DNA from: Mobula hypostoma
Lineage: Eukaryota
Length of the DNA stretch: 64,000 nucleotides
Assembly (NCBI RefSeq): GCF_963921235.1
Contig: NC_086108.1
Location: 6,200,001-6,264,000 of the forward strand
Direction: 5' to 3'
The translations under genes and the position numbers were made by a program. Below the pieces are notes generated by a model that saw only the letters and a program-made list of their open reading frames with translations, was not told the DNA's origin and made no database searches. Of the stretch, positions 1 to 13,675 are shown in pieces (positions within the stretch are counted from its first letter, which is position 1; every line of letters begins with the position of its first letter).

Positions 1-2010
1 GTTTTGTGGCCGCAAAATAGAGCAATACATAAAAAATTACTTTGTTACAATAAGAATTATATAAAGATTTAAAAAACAATGCAAAATGATGGCATTACTG
101 AAGATGTGTGACGGATGACTGGTAAATCACAAGCCGAGAGAGTGGATTAAAAACATTACTTTTACAACTTTGCTGAAGCAAATCATGATGAACTATCACC
201 ACAGACAGGGAGGAGGCAGAAGGAGGCGAGGACAGTTTGGGGAGGAACCGTGTTGGAACTTTTCAAGATGCAACGTGTTTGAGCCACAGACGGAGACAGT
301 GTTTGTAACTTCCAGAGATGGAGTGAGCAATTTTGGAAGCAGTTGATGTGCAAGAGTTTTGATGCCTGTCCACCCAACCCAGTACAAGGTTGGATTGCAC
401 CAAGAGCAGAGCTGATTTGTTGCGATCGAGTACGTCTTCAGGCTGGGCGGCCCAGGCGTATTAGTGTGCCTGAATTCCAGTCCTGGAACGTGGTGCTTGG
501 ACAATTTAAACATTGGCCCAGATAGACTGGAAGCTGGAGGGTTGGGTTCATTTTTCTCTCTCTGCAGCACCGAGGCTGTTAACCGATACAGTGACAGTGC
601 ACTTCTGCCCTGCTGGTGTGATGAACTGGGGATCAAGGCTTGGCTTGGGCACACTCCAGCTGCTCTGCGAGTGGATCTGGGACTCAGTCTGGTTTGGGAT
701 GCTGTTGGCATGCTTCTACTGTTTGCATCATGTGTGTGTTTTTTTCTGAATTTCTCTGCGCGATGTTTTTTGATCTTTTTTTTGTTGGGTTCTTTCGGTT
801 TCTTCCTTTGTGGCTGCCTGTAAGCAGACTAATTTCAAGTTGTATAACTTATACATTCTTTCATAATAAATGTGCTTTGAATATTTGAAAAAGAAAGTAA
901 AATAATGAGGTAGTGTTCATAGCTTCGTGGGCTGTACAGAAATCTGATGGTAGAGGGGGAAAAGATGTTCATAAAATGGTGAATGTGTGTCTTCAGACTC
1001 CTGTCCTCCCTGCTGATTGTAACATTGAGGGACAGAGCATGTCCTGGATGGTTCGGGTACTTAATGAACGATGCGACTTTTTGTGGTATCGCCTATTTAA
1101 GATGTCCTCAACGGTGGGGAGGTTCCAATGAGATCTCCCTTCATTTCTGATAAATTTCAGTGAGATCAGACCCAGAGACATCAAACACCACTCATACATT
1201 AACTCTATCATATCTGGTTCCTCAGATAGGCAACTTGCTGGGTCAGAATGGACAATTGGGCTTCTAATCTGTATAACTCCAGGGTGCTATGGATAATAGA
1301 ATAATCCCAGGATCTAGAATGAGGAAATCTGCTCCAATTCATTCAGTGGAATTGGATCATTTTACAAAACAAAACTTGACACTGCACTAAAGCCTTGATA
1401 CAGTCTCCAATCCCATTAATGATTCTAACAGAATCAGAATCGAGTTTAATGTCACTGACAAACATTGTGAAATTTATTGTTTTGTGACAGCAGTACAGAG
1501 CAGAAGTCACAGTGTGGGCAGTTATTAAACTGATCTTGAATATGTTGATAACATTTCCTCCAGTTACCCAGAAGAGAGATTAAACATCGTATCAAACTGG
1601 CATCTACTCGATAAGGCAACATTATCAAATCAGAAACTCTCAACATATAGGTAATATCTTCTCCATGTCCACCCTATCTAGGCCTTTCATTGCATGATAG
1701 ATTTCAATTATGTCATAAGATATAGGAATAGAATCAGGCCATTCATTCAGCCCATCGAGTCTGCTCCGCCATTCCATCATGGCTGACTTAATTGTACTTC
1801 TCAACTCCATTCTCTTACTGTCTCACCATAACCTTTGACACCCTAACTAATCAGAACATATCACCCTCTGCTTTAAATATTCCCAATGACTTGCCCTCCT
1901 TAGGTGCCTGTGGCAATGAATTCCACAGATTCACCACCCTCCAGCTGAAGAAAAATGCCTCCTCATGTTTATTCTAAAGGGACATCCTTGTGTTCAGAGC
2001 CTGTGCCCTC
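1..2010 (+). repeat. Segmental duplication, copy 1 (paralog at ~61240-63220)
   Basis: Collinear match at offset ~61229; for example ORFs 464..823 and 61693..62052 differ by one residue. Confidence 0.93.
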
Positions 2011-3414
2011 TGGTCCTACTTCCTCTTCTAATCTACTCTATCTTGGCCTTTCAATATCAATAGGTTTCTGTCACAACCACAGATTTGGCAGCGCAGCAGA
2101 TACGGCAATTGCACTCGTGAATATGCACGTGTCAGCTAATAATTAATTTATTCTGGTGGTACTTAACTCCATTCTTTTCATCATAGTGGTTGTTGAAACT
2201 TGAGCAAAGCACAGCAATGTTTCGCTGCCTGTTGCATTCAGCCTTGCCTGAGAAATTGGACTGTCGAGTCGACTGACTCTGAAGACTAGCAGTATTTGTT
2301 TATATTTAGCTATTCCTTTAAGCTGGAGTGTTTGTGTTCCATTTGAGAATTTTAGTTAATTGTCCTGTTTGGCCTAGCACTTATTGCTTCCTTTTCCCTC
2401 TAACTCTGTTCGCATTAAAGTCTGTAAACTATCGACCCGCTTCGCCCCGCGCTTGGGCCATATCCGAATATAGTGACAGGTTTCAGTTAGATGCTCCCTC
2501 ATTCTTCTATGCACCAATGAGTACAGGCTGGAGCCATCAAACAGGCTGCATACATTATCATTTCATTTTCTCTTCCTTAGGTAGTCAACTTGCCGAGTCA
2601 TCGCAGAAATTTTGGGTTTCTAATCTATATAACTCTAGGATGCTATGGATAATTGAATAATCCCAGTATCTGGGATGAGGAACTCAGCTCCAATTCATTC
2701 AGTGGAGTTGGATCACTTTACTAAACAAAACTGCCACCCCACTAAACCCTTGATACCTTGATACAATCTCCATTACCATTAACGATTCTAACAGGATCAG
2801 AATCGAGATTAATGTCTCAGACATACGTTGTGAAATTTGTTGTTTTGTGGCAGCAGCACAGAGCAGGAGTCACATGTAGGCAATTATTAAACTGGCCTTA
2901 AACTTGCTCATGACATTTTCTCCAGTTACCTAGAGCACAAATTAAACATCCTATCAAACTGGCATCTATTCGATGAAGCAAACAGAATCGCTGCCGGAGA
3001 TGGAGTGAGTGATTTGCAGAGGAGTTGACATGGAAGAGTTTCGATGCCCTTCCACCCAACCCAGTTGCATGGTTAGATTGCTCCAAGGGCAGAGCTGGTA
3101 TGGTGAGATGGAGAATGTCTTCAGGCTGGGTGACCCAAGCGTATTGGGGCGCCAGGCTTCGGATCCTAGAATGTGGCACTACTCGGTGCTTGGACAATTT
3201 AAGCAATGGCCCAGACAGAATGGAAGTCCAAGGGTCGAGTTGAGTTAGCTCGCTCTCCCACAAATGTTTATTCCTTTCTCTTACGGTGGCTTTTGCTTTT
3301 ATTTTATTGGGTTATTCGGGTTTCCTGCCTTGTGGCTGCCTGGAAGGAGACAAATTTCAAGGTGTATAACTTATACATTATTTGGTAACAAATGTGTTTT
3401 GAATGTTCCAAAAG

Positions 3415-6400
3415 GAGAGGCATAACTGGTTATGGGGGACGGAGTGGAGTGGTTAGGGTTGGGGGAAAGAGAGGGGTGGATAGGGTTGGGGGGAGAGAGG
3501 TGGTGGGGTTTGGGGGAGAGAGAGGAATAGCTGGGGTTGGTGACAGAGAGGAGTGGTTGTGCTTGGGCAACAGAGAAAAGGGGTTGGGATAATGGGACAG
3601 AGAGAATGAGTTGATATCAGAGAGAAGGGGTCAGGGACAGAAAGAAGGGTTTAGGGGATAGAAGAATGGTTAGGGTTGGGGACAGTGAGAAGTGGTTGTG
3701 GTTGGAGGACAGAGAGGAGTGGATGGGGTTGGGGGACAAAGAGGAGTTGTTGGGTTTGGTGACAGAGAGGATGGGGTTGAGGTTGGAGGACAGAGAGTAA
3801 TGTTAGGGACCGGGGGTGTGAGAGGAGTAGTTGAGGATGGAGGAAAAAGATGAGTGGTTGGGGTTGGGGTAGGGTACAGAGATAAGGTCTTGGGGATGGT
3901 GAGAAGTGGTTGTGGTTGGAGGACAGAGAGGAGTGAATGAGGAAGGGGTAAGAGACAGTTGGGTTTGGGGATAGAGAATAATGGTTGGTGTTGAGGGACA
4001 GAGGAGAGCATTTGGGGTTGCGGACAGAGTGGACGGGTTGGGGTTGGGGTTGGGGACAGAGAGAAGTGGTTAGGCTTGGAAGATAGAGAGGAGTGGTTCG
4101 TGGTTGGGAGACAGGCAGGGTTGGGGTTTGAGGATGGAGAGGAATGGTTGGATATGTGGGACAGAGAGGAGTGGTTGGGGTTGTGGGGCAGGGAGAAGTG
4201 GCTGGGGAACAGAGCGGAGTGGTTGGGGTTGGGTGATAGAGAGAAGGGGTTGTGGTAGTGGGACAGAGAGAAGGTGTTGGGGTTGGAGCACAGAGAGAAG
4301 TGGATGGGTTAGAGGATAGAACAAGTTGGGATTGGGGACAGAGAGGAGTAACTGGGGTTGGGACAAAAATGAGTGGTTGGCCATGAGGGACCATGGGGAG
4401 TGGTTGGGGTTGAGGGACAGAGAGAAATGGGTGGGATTGGGCAAGAGAGGAGACGGTGGGTTGGAGGACAAGGAGATGGAGTTAAGGGTCAGAGGAATGG
4501 ATGGGGTTGTGGAAAGAGAGGAAGTGTTGGCATTGAGGGACAGAAATGAATTGCTGGGGATGAGGGACAGAGAGGAGGTGTTAGTTGGGGATAGAGAGAA
4601 GTGGTTGGGTTTGGGATACAGAGACAAATGGTTGGTATTGGTGGAAAGAGTGGAAGGGTTGGGGTTGGGTTAGAGAGAAGAGGCTGGGTTTGGGGTACAG
4701 AGAGGAATGGTTGGGGATGGGGCCTGGGAATAATGGTCGGCACTGAGGGACAGAAGGGTGTGGTTTGGATTGGGGTATAGAGAGGAGGGGTTGGGGTTGG
4801 GGGACAGAGAGGGGCGGATGGGTTTGGGGTACAGAGGGAAGTGGTTGGGATTGGAAAATAGAGAGGAGGAGTCAGAGTTGGAGGAATGGAGAGGAGTCTT
4901 GGGTTTGGGGGACAGAGAAGAATGATTGGTTATTCGGAGTGGTTGGGGTTGGGAGATAGAGAAGAGTTGATGGGGTTGGAGGATAGAGAGGAGTGGTTCA
5001 CAGGGGGAGCACAGGGGAGTGTTTGGGGGAAAAGAAGAGTAGTTTGGGTTGGGGACAGAGGAGTGGTTGGGGTTGGGGGTCTATGAGGAGTGTATGGGGT
5101 TGGGGGAAAGAGAGGAAGGGTTGGATTGGGGACAGAGAGGAGTGGTTGAGGATGAAGGACAGAGAAAAGTGGTTGGGTATGGGGAATAGAGGAGAGAGGT
5201 TGGGGTTGGGTGGCAGGGAAGGATTGAGAGAAGGCATTAGGGGACAATGAGAAGTGGTTGTGGTTGGAGGACAGAGAGGAGTGGGTGGAACGGTGGAGCA
5301 GAGTACTAGTTGGGGGTGGAAGACAGAGAGGAGTGGTTGGGGATGGGGAAGAGAAAAGTGGTTGGGCTTAGAGGATCAGAGTGGAATGGACAGGGTTTGG
5401 CAAAGAGTGGAAAAGTTGGGGATGGGGTGAAAGATAAGTGGATGAGATTGGGGTAGAGAAAGGAGTGGTTGGACAGAGAGAAATGATTAGGGTTGGGGGT
5501 CAGAGGAATGATTGGGTTTGGGGAGAGTGAGAAGTGGTTGGGTTTAGAGCATCAGAGAGGAATGGATGGGGTTGAGGAAAGAGTGGAAGTAGTGGCATTG
5601 AGGGACAGAGATGAGAATTTAGCTGGGGACAGAGAGAAGTGGTTGGGTTTGGGGTCCATAGACATATGGTTGGTATTGGTGGAAAGAGTGGAAGGATTGG
5701 GATTGAGAGACAGATAGGAGTAGTTGGGGTTAGTTAATGGAGAGAAATGGTGGGTATGTGGGACAGCAGTGGTTGGGGTTGCGGGGCAGAGAGAATGGGT
5801 TGGGTTAGGGGACAGAGAATGGGTTGGTGGACAGAGGATTGGATGGTGTTGGGGTTGAGGGTTGGAAGACAGAGAAGAATGGTTGGTGTTGAGGGACGGG
5901 AGTGGTTGGGTTAGGGGTATAGACAGAAGTGGTGGGATTGAGGTACAGAGAGAAGTGGTTGGGATTGGGCGGAGAGAGAAGAGTGGTTGGTGTTGAGGGA
6001 CGGAGTGGTTGGGTTAGGGGTATAGACAGAAGTGGTGGGATTGAGGTACAGAGAGAAGTGGTTGGGATTGGGCGGAGAGAGAAGAGTGGTTGGGGTTGGG
6101 GTTGTTGGACAGAGGGGAGTGATTGGGGTTGAGGGATAGAGAGGACAGCTTGGGGTGGAGACAGAGGGAAGAGGTTTGGTTTCGGGTACAGAAAGGAGTG
6201 GTTGGGGATGGGGCCAGGGAGGAGTGGACGGGTTTGGTGTACAGAGAGAAGTGTTTGGGATTGGAGGAGAGAGAGGAGGGGTTAGAGTTGTGGGAATAGA
6301 GAGGAGTTTTGGGTTTGGGGGACAGAGGTTATGGGGGATAGAGTGGAGTGGTTGGGGTTGGGCGATAGAGTGGAGTTGTTGGGGTTGGAGGACAGAGAAG

Positions 6401-7395
6401 AGTGGTTCGCAGTGGGGCACAGAGAGGAGTGGTTGGGGGACAGAGGAGTGATTGGGGTTGGAGGACAGAGAAGAGTGGTTCGCAGTGGGGCACAGAGAGG
6501 AGTGGTTGGGGGACAGAGGAGTGATTGGGGTTGGAGGACAGAGAAGAGTGGTTCGCAGTGGGGCACAGAGAGGAGTGGTTGGGGGACAGAGGAGTGATTG
6601 GGGTTGGAGGACAGAGGAACGGTTGTGATTGGGGACAGAGAGGAGTGGTTGAAGATGGAGGACAGAGAAGAGTGGTTGGATATGGGGGACAGAGAGGAAT
6701 GGTTGGGCTTGTGTGACTAAAGGGGTTGGGGTAGGGGGACAGAGAGAAGGCATTAGGGGACAGTGAGAAGTAGTTGTGGTTGGAGGATAGTACTAGTTGG
6801 AGTTGAAAGGCCTAGAGGAATGGCTGGGGATGGGGAAAGAGAGGAAGTGTTGGATTTGGGGGAGAGAGAAGAACAGACGACATTGAAGGATAGAGGAGTG
6901 TGGTTAGGGTTGAGGGACAGACAGGGTGGGATGCAGTGGGAAGAGAGAAGAGATTGCTGTGTTTAGGGAACAGAGAGGAGTGGTTGGGGTTGGGGACAGA
7001 GAGGAGTAGTTGGAGACAGAGAGGAGTGCTTGGGGAAAGAGAGGAGTTGTTGGGGTTGGGGACAGAGAGGAGTTATTGGGGTTGGGGATAGAGGGGAGTG
7101 GTTGGGGTTGTGGAAGGAGAGGAGGGTTAGGGACAGAAAGGAGTGGTTGAGGATGGGGGACAGTGAGGAGTGGTTAGGGATGGGTTACAGAGAAGAGTGG
7201 ATGGGGTTGGGGAACGGAGCAGAGTGGTTTGAAGTGCGGGACAGAGAGGAGTTGTTGGAGTTAGAGGACAGTGAGGAGGGTTGGGGACTGAAATGTGTGG
7301 TGGGGGTTGGGGAATGAGAGGAATAGTTGGGGTTGGGGACAGAGAGGAGTGGTTGACGGTGGTGGACAAAGATGAGTGTTCAAAATTGGGGACCA
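3415..7395 (+). repeat. ~4 kb degenerate G/purine-rich minisatellite (unit ~20-25 bp, GGGGACAGAGAGGAGTGGTTGGGGTT-like)
   Basis: Continuous variants of gggacagagaggagtggttggggtt with very few C on the plus strand. Contains a 73-bp triplication (~6385-6610) and a ~104-bp duplication (~5880-6090). Confidence 0.93.
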
Positions 7396-8210
7396 TGGAC
7401 GTGATTCAAAAAGAAAAAGCAACCCCCCCCCCCGCCTTCCCTGCACAACAAGAATGGCTATGCAATCATCAACCCCATAGCCCTCTTCCCCGTACAAAAT
7501 GTCACAAGTACATTGGACCTCAAATACCCCTCTCCCCGCATGAAAAAATCAACAAAAACACAACAAGAACATCAAATCCTATATCCCCTTTTTCTTGCAC
7601 ATAAAATACAAGAAAGAACAGGAAAAAACAAAGTATAAAAATCTATAAGACTGAAAAAAGTCCATAGTCCAAATCCATTTCTATATCCATATCCAAATCG
7701 CAGAAAACCTCAGTAACCTCGTCGGGGCACAGCGACAGTGATACATTTTACCCACAGCCACCCCTTTCTCCTACTCACTACTACCTTCTGGGTTAGTGCT
7801 GAGTGATGGTTGTCCCAGTCTGCTTGAGCTGTCTTCACATGCGAGGACAGGCACATCCCTATTCCATCGGGGTATGAGTTCCGCCGGCTACCCTAACCTG
7901 CTTTAGCCCGTCTGTTGAAGGGGTGTACCAGGTGCAGCCGCTGTCGCATGCAAACAGCTACTTGGAGCCACAGGTGAGAGCAGAGTGTGCGGTGGGGACC
8001 ACAAGTGAGTGAGCTGCCCCAGATTGGACAGGGTAAGCCCCTTCACCAGAGGTGCTATCCATCCCTGGCTATCCATACAACCCAGTAGTGAAAATGCTCC
8101 ACCAAAATGAAGCAATATTAAATGCTCAAATATGAGCTGAGTTTCACCTTAGTTATATCACTTGTAAGTGCCGTGGCATGGTTTTCTAATAAACAGTTCC
8201 TAATACAGGG

Positions 8211-10397
8211 AACAACAGGAATTCTGCAGATGCTGGAAATTCAAGCAACACACATCAAAGTTGCTGATGAACGCAGCAGGCCAGGCAGCATCTCTAGGAA
8301 GAGGTGCAGTCGACATTTCAGGCCAAGACCCTTCGTCAGGACTAACTGAAGGAAGAGTGAGTAAGAGATTTGAAAGTTGGAGGGGGAGGGGGAGATCCAA
8401 AATGATAGGAGAAGACAGGAGGGGGAGGGATGGAGCCAAGAGCTGGACAGGTGATAGGCAAAAGAGAATACGAGAGGATCATGGGACAGGAGGTCCGGGA
8501 AGAAGGATAAGGAGTGGGGGGGGACCCAGAGGATGGGCAAGAGGTATATTCAGAGGGACAGAGGGAGAAAAAGGAGAGCGAGAGAAAGAATGTGTGCATA
8601 AAAATAAGTAACAGATGGGGAGGTGGGGCCTTAGCGGAAGTTAGAGAAGTCGATGTTCATGCCATCAGGTTGGAGGCTACCCAGACGGAATATAAGGTGT
8701 TGTTCCTCCAACCTGAGTGTGGCTTCATCTTTACAGTAATCAGTTCCCCTCTACCACCACTCTGCTCCGTCTAGCGGAATTAGTCCTTACTCTTAATAAT
8801 TTCTCCTTTGGCTCCTCCCACTTCCTCCAAACTAAAGGTGTAGCTATGGGCACCCATATGGGTCCTAGCTATGCCTGCCTTTTTGTTGGGTCTGTGGAAC
8901 AATCTATGTTCCGTGCCTATTCTGGTATCTGTCCCCCACTTTTCCTTCGCTACATCGACGACTGCATTGGCGCTGCTTCCTGCACGCATGCAGAACTCGT
9001 TGACTTTATTAACTTTGCCTCCAACTTTCACCCTGCCCTCAAGTTTACCTGGTCCATTTCCGACACCTCCCTCCCCTTTCTAGATCTTTCTGTCTCTGTC
9101 TCTGGAGACAGCTTATCCACTGATGTCTACCATAAGCCTACTGACTCTCACAGCTATCTGGACTATTCCTCTTCTCACCCTGTCTCTTGCAAAAACGCCA
9201 TCCCCTTCTCGCAATTCCTCCATCTCCGCCGCATCTGCTCTCAGGATGAGGCTTTTCATTCAAGGACGAGGGAGATGTCTTCCTTTTTTAAAGAAAGGGG
9301 CTTCCCTTCCTCCACTATCAACTCTGCTCTTAAACGTATCTCCCCCATTTCACGTACATCTGCTCTCACTCCATCCTCCTGCCACCCCACTAGGAATAGG
9401 GTTCCCCTGGTCCTCACCTACCATCCCACCAGCCTCCGGGTCCAACATATTATTCTTCGTAACTTCCGCCACCTCCAACGGGATCCCACCACTAAGCACA
9501 TCTTTCCCTCCCCCCCCCTGCATTCCGCAGGGATCGCTCCCTACGCAACTCCCTTGTCCATTCGTCACCCCCATCCCTCCCCACTGATCTCTCTCCTGGC
9601 ACTTATCCGTGTAAGCGGAACAAGTGCTACACATGCCCTTACACTTCCTCCCTTACCACCATTCAGGGCCCCAAACAGTCCTTCCAGGTGAGGCAACACT
9701 TCACCTGTGAGTCGACTGGGGTGATATACTGCGTCCGGTGTTCCCAATGTGGCCTTTTATATATTGACGAGACCCGACGCAGACTGGGAGACCGCTTTGC
9801 TGAACATCTACGCTCTGTCCGCCAGAGAAAGCAGGATCTCCCAGTGGCCACACATTTTAATTCCACATCCCATTCCCATTCTGACATGTCTATCCACGGC
9901 CTCCTCTACTGTAAAGATGAAGCCACACTCAGGTTGGAGGAACAACACCTTATATTCCGTCTGGGTAGCCTCCAACCTGATGGCATGAATATCGACTTCT
10001 CTAACTTCTGCTAAGGCCCCATCTCCCCATCTGTTACTTATTTTTATGCACACATTCTTTCTCTCACTCTCCTTTTTCTCCCTCTGTCCTTCTGAATATA
10101 CCTCTTGCCCATCCTCTGGGTCCCCCCCCACCTCCTTATCCTTCTTCCCGGACCACCTGTCCCATGATCCTCTCGTATCCCCTTTTGCCTATCACCTGTC
10201 CAGCTCTTGGCTCTATCCCTCCCCCTCCTGTCTTCTCCTATCATTTTGGATCTTCCCCTCCCCCTCCAACTTTCAAATCCCTTACTCACTCTTCCTTCAG
10301 TTAGTCCTGACGAAGGGTCTCGGCCTTGAAACGTCGACTGTACCTCTTCCTACAGATGCTGCCTGGCCTGCTGTGTTCACCAGCAACTTTGATGTGT
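8211..10397 (+). mobile_element. Penelope-like retroelement (Neptune-like), 5'-truncated, with inverted terminal copy and TSD
   Basis: RT with GVAMGTHMGPSYA and LRYIDD (~8739-9510). Frameshift in the C-run near 9510, then Cys linker GTYPCKRNKCYTC in frame with a GIY-YIG-type endonuclease (VIYCVRC...LYIDET...RFAEH, to 10014). 8246-8738 is the reverse complement of 9907-10400. Flanking direct repeat gttcctaatacaggg at 8196-8210 and 10398-10412. Confidence 0.92.
10303..10339 (+). ncRNA. Minimal type I hammerhead ribozyme motif in the Penelope pLTR
   Basis: AGTC-CTGACGA-agggtctcggcctt-GAAAC-GTC-GACT: CUGANGA and GAAA cores, stem I AGUC/GACU, palindromic ACGU stem III, GUC cleavage triplet. Confidence 0.75.
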
Positions 10398-11382
10398 GTT
10401 CCTAATACAGGGGTATATTTTATATATAATATATATTTATTTATATCTAAATTCATGTAAAATCAAAGAGGGAAGATTATTGTTATTTGTTAAATGTATA
10501 TCGAGACATATAGTGAAATATGTTTATGTCAATGACCAACACAGTCCAACTATGTGCTGGGAGCAGCCCACAAGTGTCACCACACTTCTGGCACCAATAT
10601 AGCATCCCCACATCTTACTAACTCTAACCTGTACAGCTTTGAAATGTGGGAGGAAACCCATGTGGTCAACATACAAACTCCATATGCTGGGTGGCGATGA
10701 CATTACATGCCCACTGTTGTAACTGTGAACAAAGTCACTGGAAAAGACACTGAAGCTGGTGGATATGGAAGCCTTTATTCTCACCAAATGAGTATGCAGG
10801 CATCATATTTGAGAAGCTCTTAAAGAAGAGACCTCTTTGACCCAATATTACACAACATTGTTATATGCTGAAGAGCAAAGGTAACAGCAGAATGATTCTA
10901 TAGTTACAATGTGTCTACAATGCTTCCTTTCAATTACATACAGTTTTCAAACACCTTCGCACCCTCACTCCAGACACCCAAAATGACTTTAGGCTGCATT
11001 CATGCAGATGCTGGCACCTGAGTTCAAGTAGAATGTTCCTTTGTTTGTGATTGAGCCCAACCTGAAGCTCCAGGAAGCCCATTATTCTGAGCTGTTTTAA
11101 ATTCAATCTGCAATCCACATTCAAATCTGAAAATTGGTTGCTAGTGAAATTAATATTTGCTATATACCCTAACAGCAGAATACACCCTAACACCCACAAC
11201 TCACTAACCCCAACCTGGACGTCATTGAACTGTGGGGGGAAACCACAGGTCAACGTAGAAATTCCTTACAGACAGCAGCAGGAATTGCTGGCACTGTGAA
11301 GCGTTACGCTAACTGTGCCAAATAGCCTAGATTTTATTACTGAGTTGTTGTGTGAAATCAGTTTTTGTTTTTGTCCTTGTAG

Positions 11383-11574
<192 letters not shown>

Positions 11575-11599
11575 TGAATTTGACACAATGTCGAGATCA

Positions 11600-12150
11600 T
11601 AGAACGTAGAAGAGTACAGCACAGAAAGAGGCCATTCAGCCCACAGTGTTGTGCCAAACCAGCTAAAAAGTAGATCAGAAACACCCAAACACTAATCCCT
11701 ACAACCTAGAACCATATCGCTCCTTCCTCCTCACTCCAAACCTCTCTTAAAAGCCTCTAATGTATTTGCCTCTACCACCATATCAGGCAGCGTATTCCAG
11801 GCATCCACCACTCTCTGAGTAAAAAAACTTACCCCTCACATCCCCCTTGATCCTACTCCCCCTCACATTCAACTCTGGGAAACAGATACTCTCTCTGTCT
11901 ACTCTATCTATGCATCTCATAATCTTATAAACCTCTATCAGATCTCCCCTCAGCCTCCACCACTCCAGAGAAAACAACCCAAGTTTATCCAGCCTCTCAC
12001 AATAGCACATGGCCTCTAAACCAGACAGCATCCTGGTAAATCTCTTCTGCACCCTCTCCAGAGCCTCAACGTCCTTCCTATAGTGGGGCGAGCAGAACTG
12101 TAAGCAATATTCCAGGTGTGGCCTAACCAGAGTTTTATGAAGTTACATTC
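11600..12150 (-). mobile_element. CR1 LINE 3' fragment
   Basis: QKRFTRMLSGL...[24 protein letters not shown]. Confidence 0.8.
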
Positions 12151-13675
12151 ACCCTGTCAGGCCCGGTAAATGTTTTTCTCAATGTTCAGAGAGATCAGTT
12201 GCTGGACTTCTTCACCTTCTTGGTTTTTAATTCCACCCAAACTGATTTTACTTGTTTACTGATGCAAGACCTTTCAGTATTAACCAGTGTCTCTGAGAAA
12301 CAGTGTGTATTGAATCAGACTGATACCTAGACTCTGTGTAGTGGACACTAGTATGGTGTCACTTTCAACTGTGAAAATTACACTGTGAATTCACCTTACC
12401 CATAAAGTTTTCAGGCACGTCCTATTCTTGTCGGCATCAAACAGTGCCCCGACTAACCCTAGTAATGCCAAGTAGCATAGCAGTCAGCGTAATGCTATTA
12501 CAACTCGGGGTGTCGGAGTTCAGGGTCCAATTCCGACACCCTCTGTAAGAGATTTGTACGTCTTTCCTGTGAGTGTATGGGGTAGCACTGCAGCACAGTG
12601 GGTGGGTGGGTTGGCTCGGCACATGGATGGAAGGGAGATGAAGGGACATGGACACAGTGTAGATTGGACATGGATTAGCTTGATTTGCTTTGATAAATTT
12701 GAGGACCAGATTTGGTTTGGCACAACACTGATGGCCAAATGGCCTGTCCCTGGGCTGTACTATTCGATATGCTACGATGATTCCACTGGACTGAGATGAG
12801 GATGAATTTCACCACCCAGAGGCTAGTGACTTTTCGGAATTCTATAGCCAAGAAGGTTGTAAAATTGTTGAATATATTCAAGACAGATCCATAGTTGTAT
12901 ATGGTGACACATAGGCACTTAGATAATAAAATTTACTTTGAACTTTAACAATCTAGTTAGCGTTCTAATAACGTCCCAATTAGTGTAACTAAGTCGACAA
13001 AAGTATAACATCTTGTAAAAATTCAACCACGCATTCATGTACCCCAAGTTACAGACACTACAAGGCTAAATATTCTACAAACATACTTAGTTAAAGGTGT
13101 GCACAGAGCATACCTTCCCAGTGGCCATGTTCACCACTTGCCTTAAACAAAGAAGTTTTTTGGGTTTTTCTGTTTTATGAATGTCTGTTAAGAGTAAGAA
13201 TTTCAGGATGTATACTGTATACACTCTGATATTAAATTGATGTTATTTCTGTGTGACCAAATAGGAAAGTACGATCTTTTTAAGTGTAAAATGTATTTGA
13301 AGAATATTGAATAAAGAATATTATAACCGCAAATTCAATACACAGATAATCAACATCATGATGATCACAATGTGAGATTTTAATAATAATCCAGCAGTTT
13401 CAACCTATCCTATGGTTTCTGAATAACTGATACAAGATATAAGATTTTTTTAATATAATATAGATTCCCCAAATCGGGGCCACATTAGCAGATTAAAGAT
13501 TCGATTTTTTTGCCCCATTTACATCGAAGAGTTCAATTCCGACACCCTCTGTAAGAGATTTGTACATCTTTCCTGTGATGTATGGGGTAGCACTGCAGCA
13601 CAGTGGGTGGGTGGGTTGGCTAGGCACATGGATGGAAGGGAGATGAAGGGATATGGACACAGTGTAGTCCACTTC

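Noticed and set aside
196..888. ORFs conserved between the window start and 61434-62117
   Set aside because: Conservation holds in all frames because the DNA is near-identical; no protein motif, and the sequence ends in a typical repeat tail.
3651..7396. Long Pro/Thr/Ser- or Gly/Trp/Arg-rich ORFs (up to 280 aa)
   Set aside because: Products of the low-complexity G-rich minisatellite, open in several frames on both strands; no domain or splice support.
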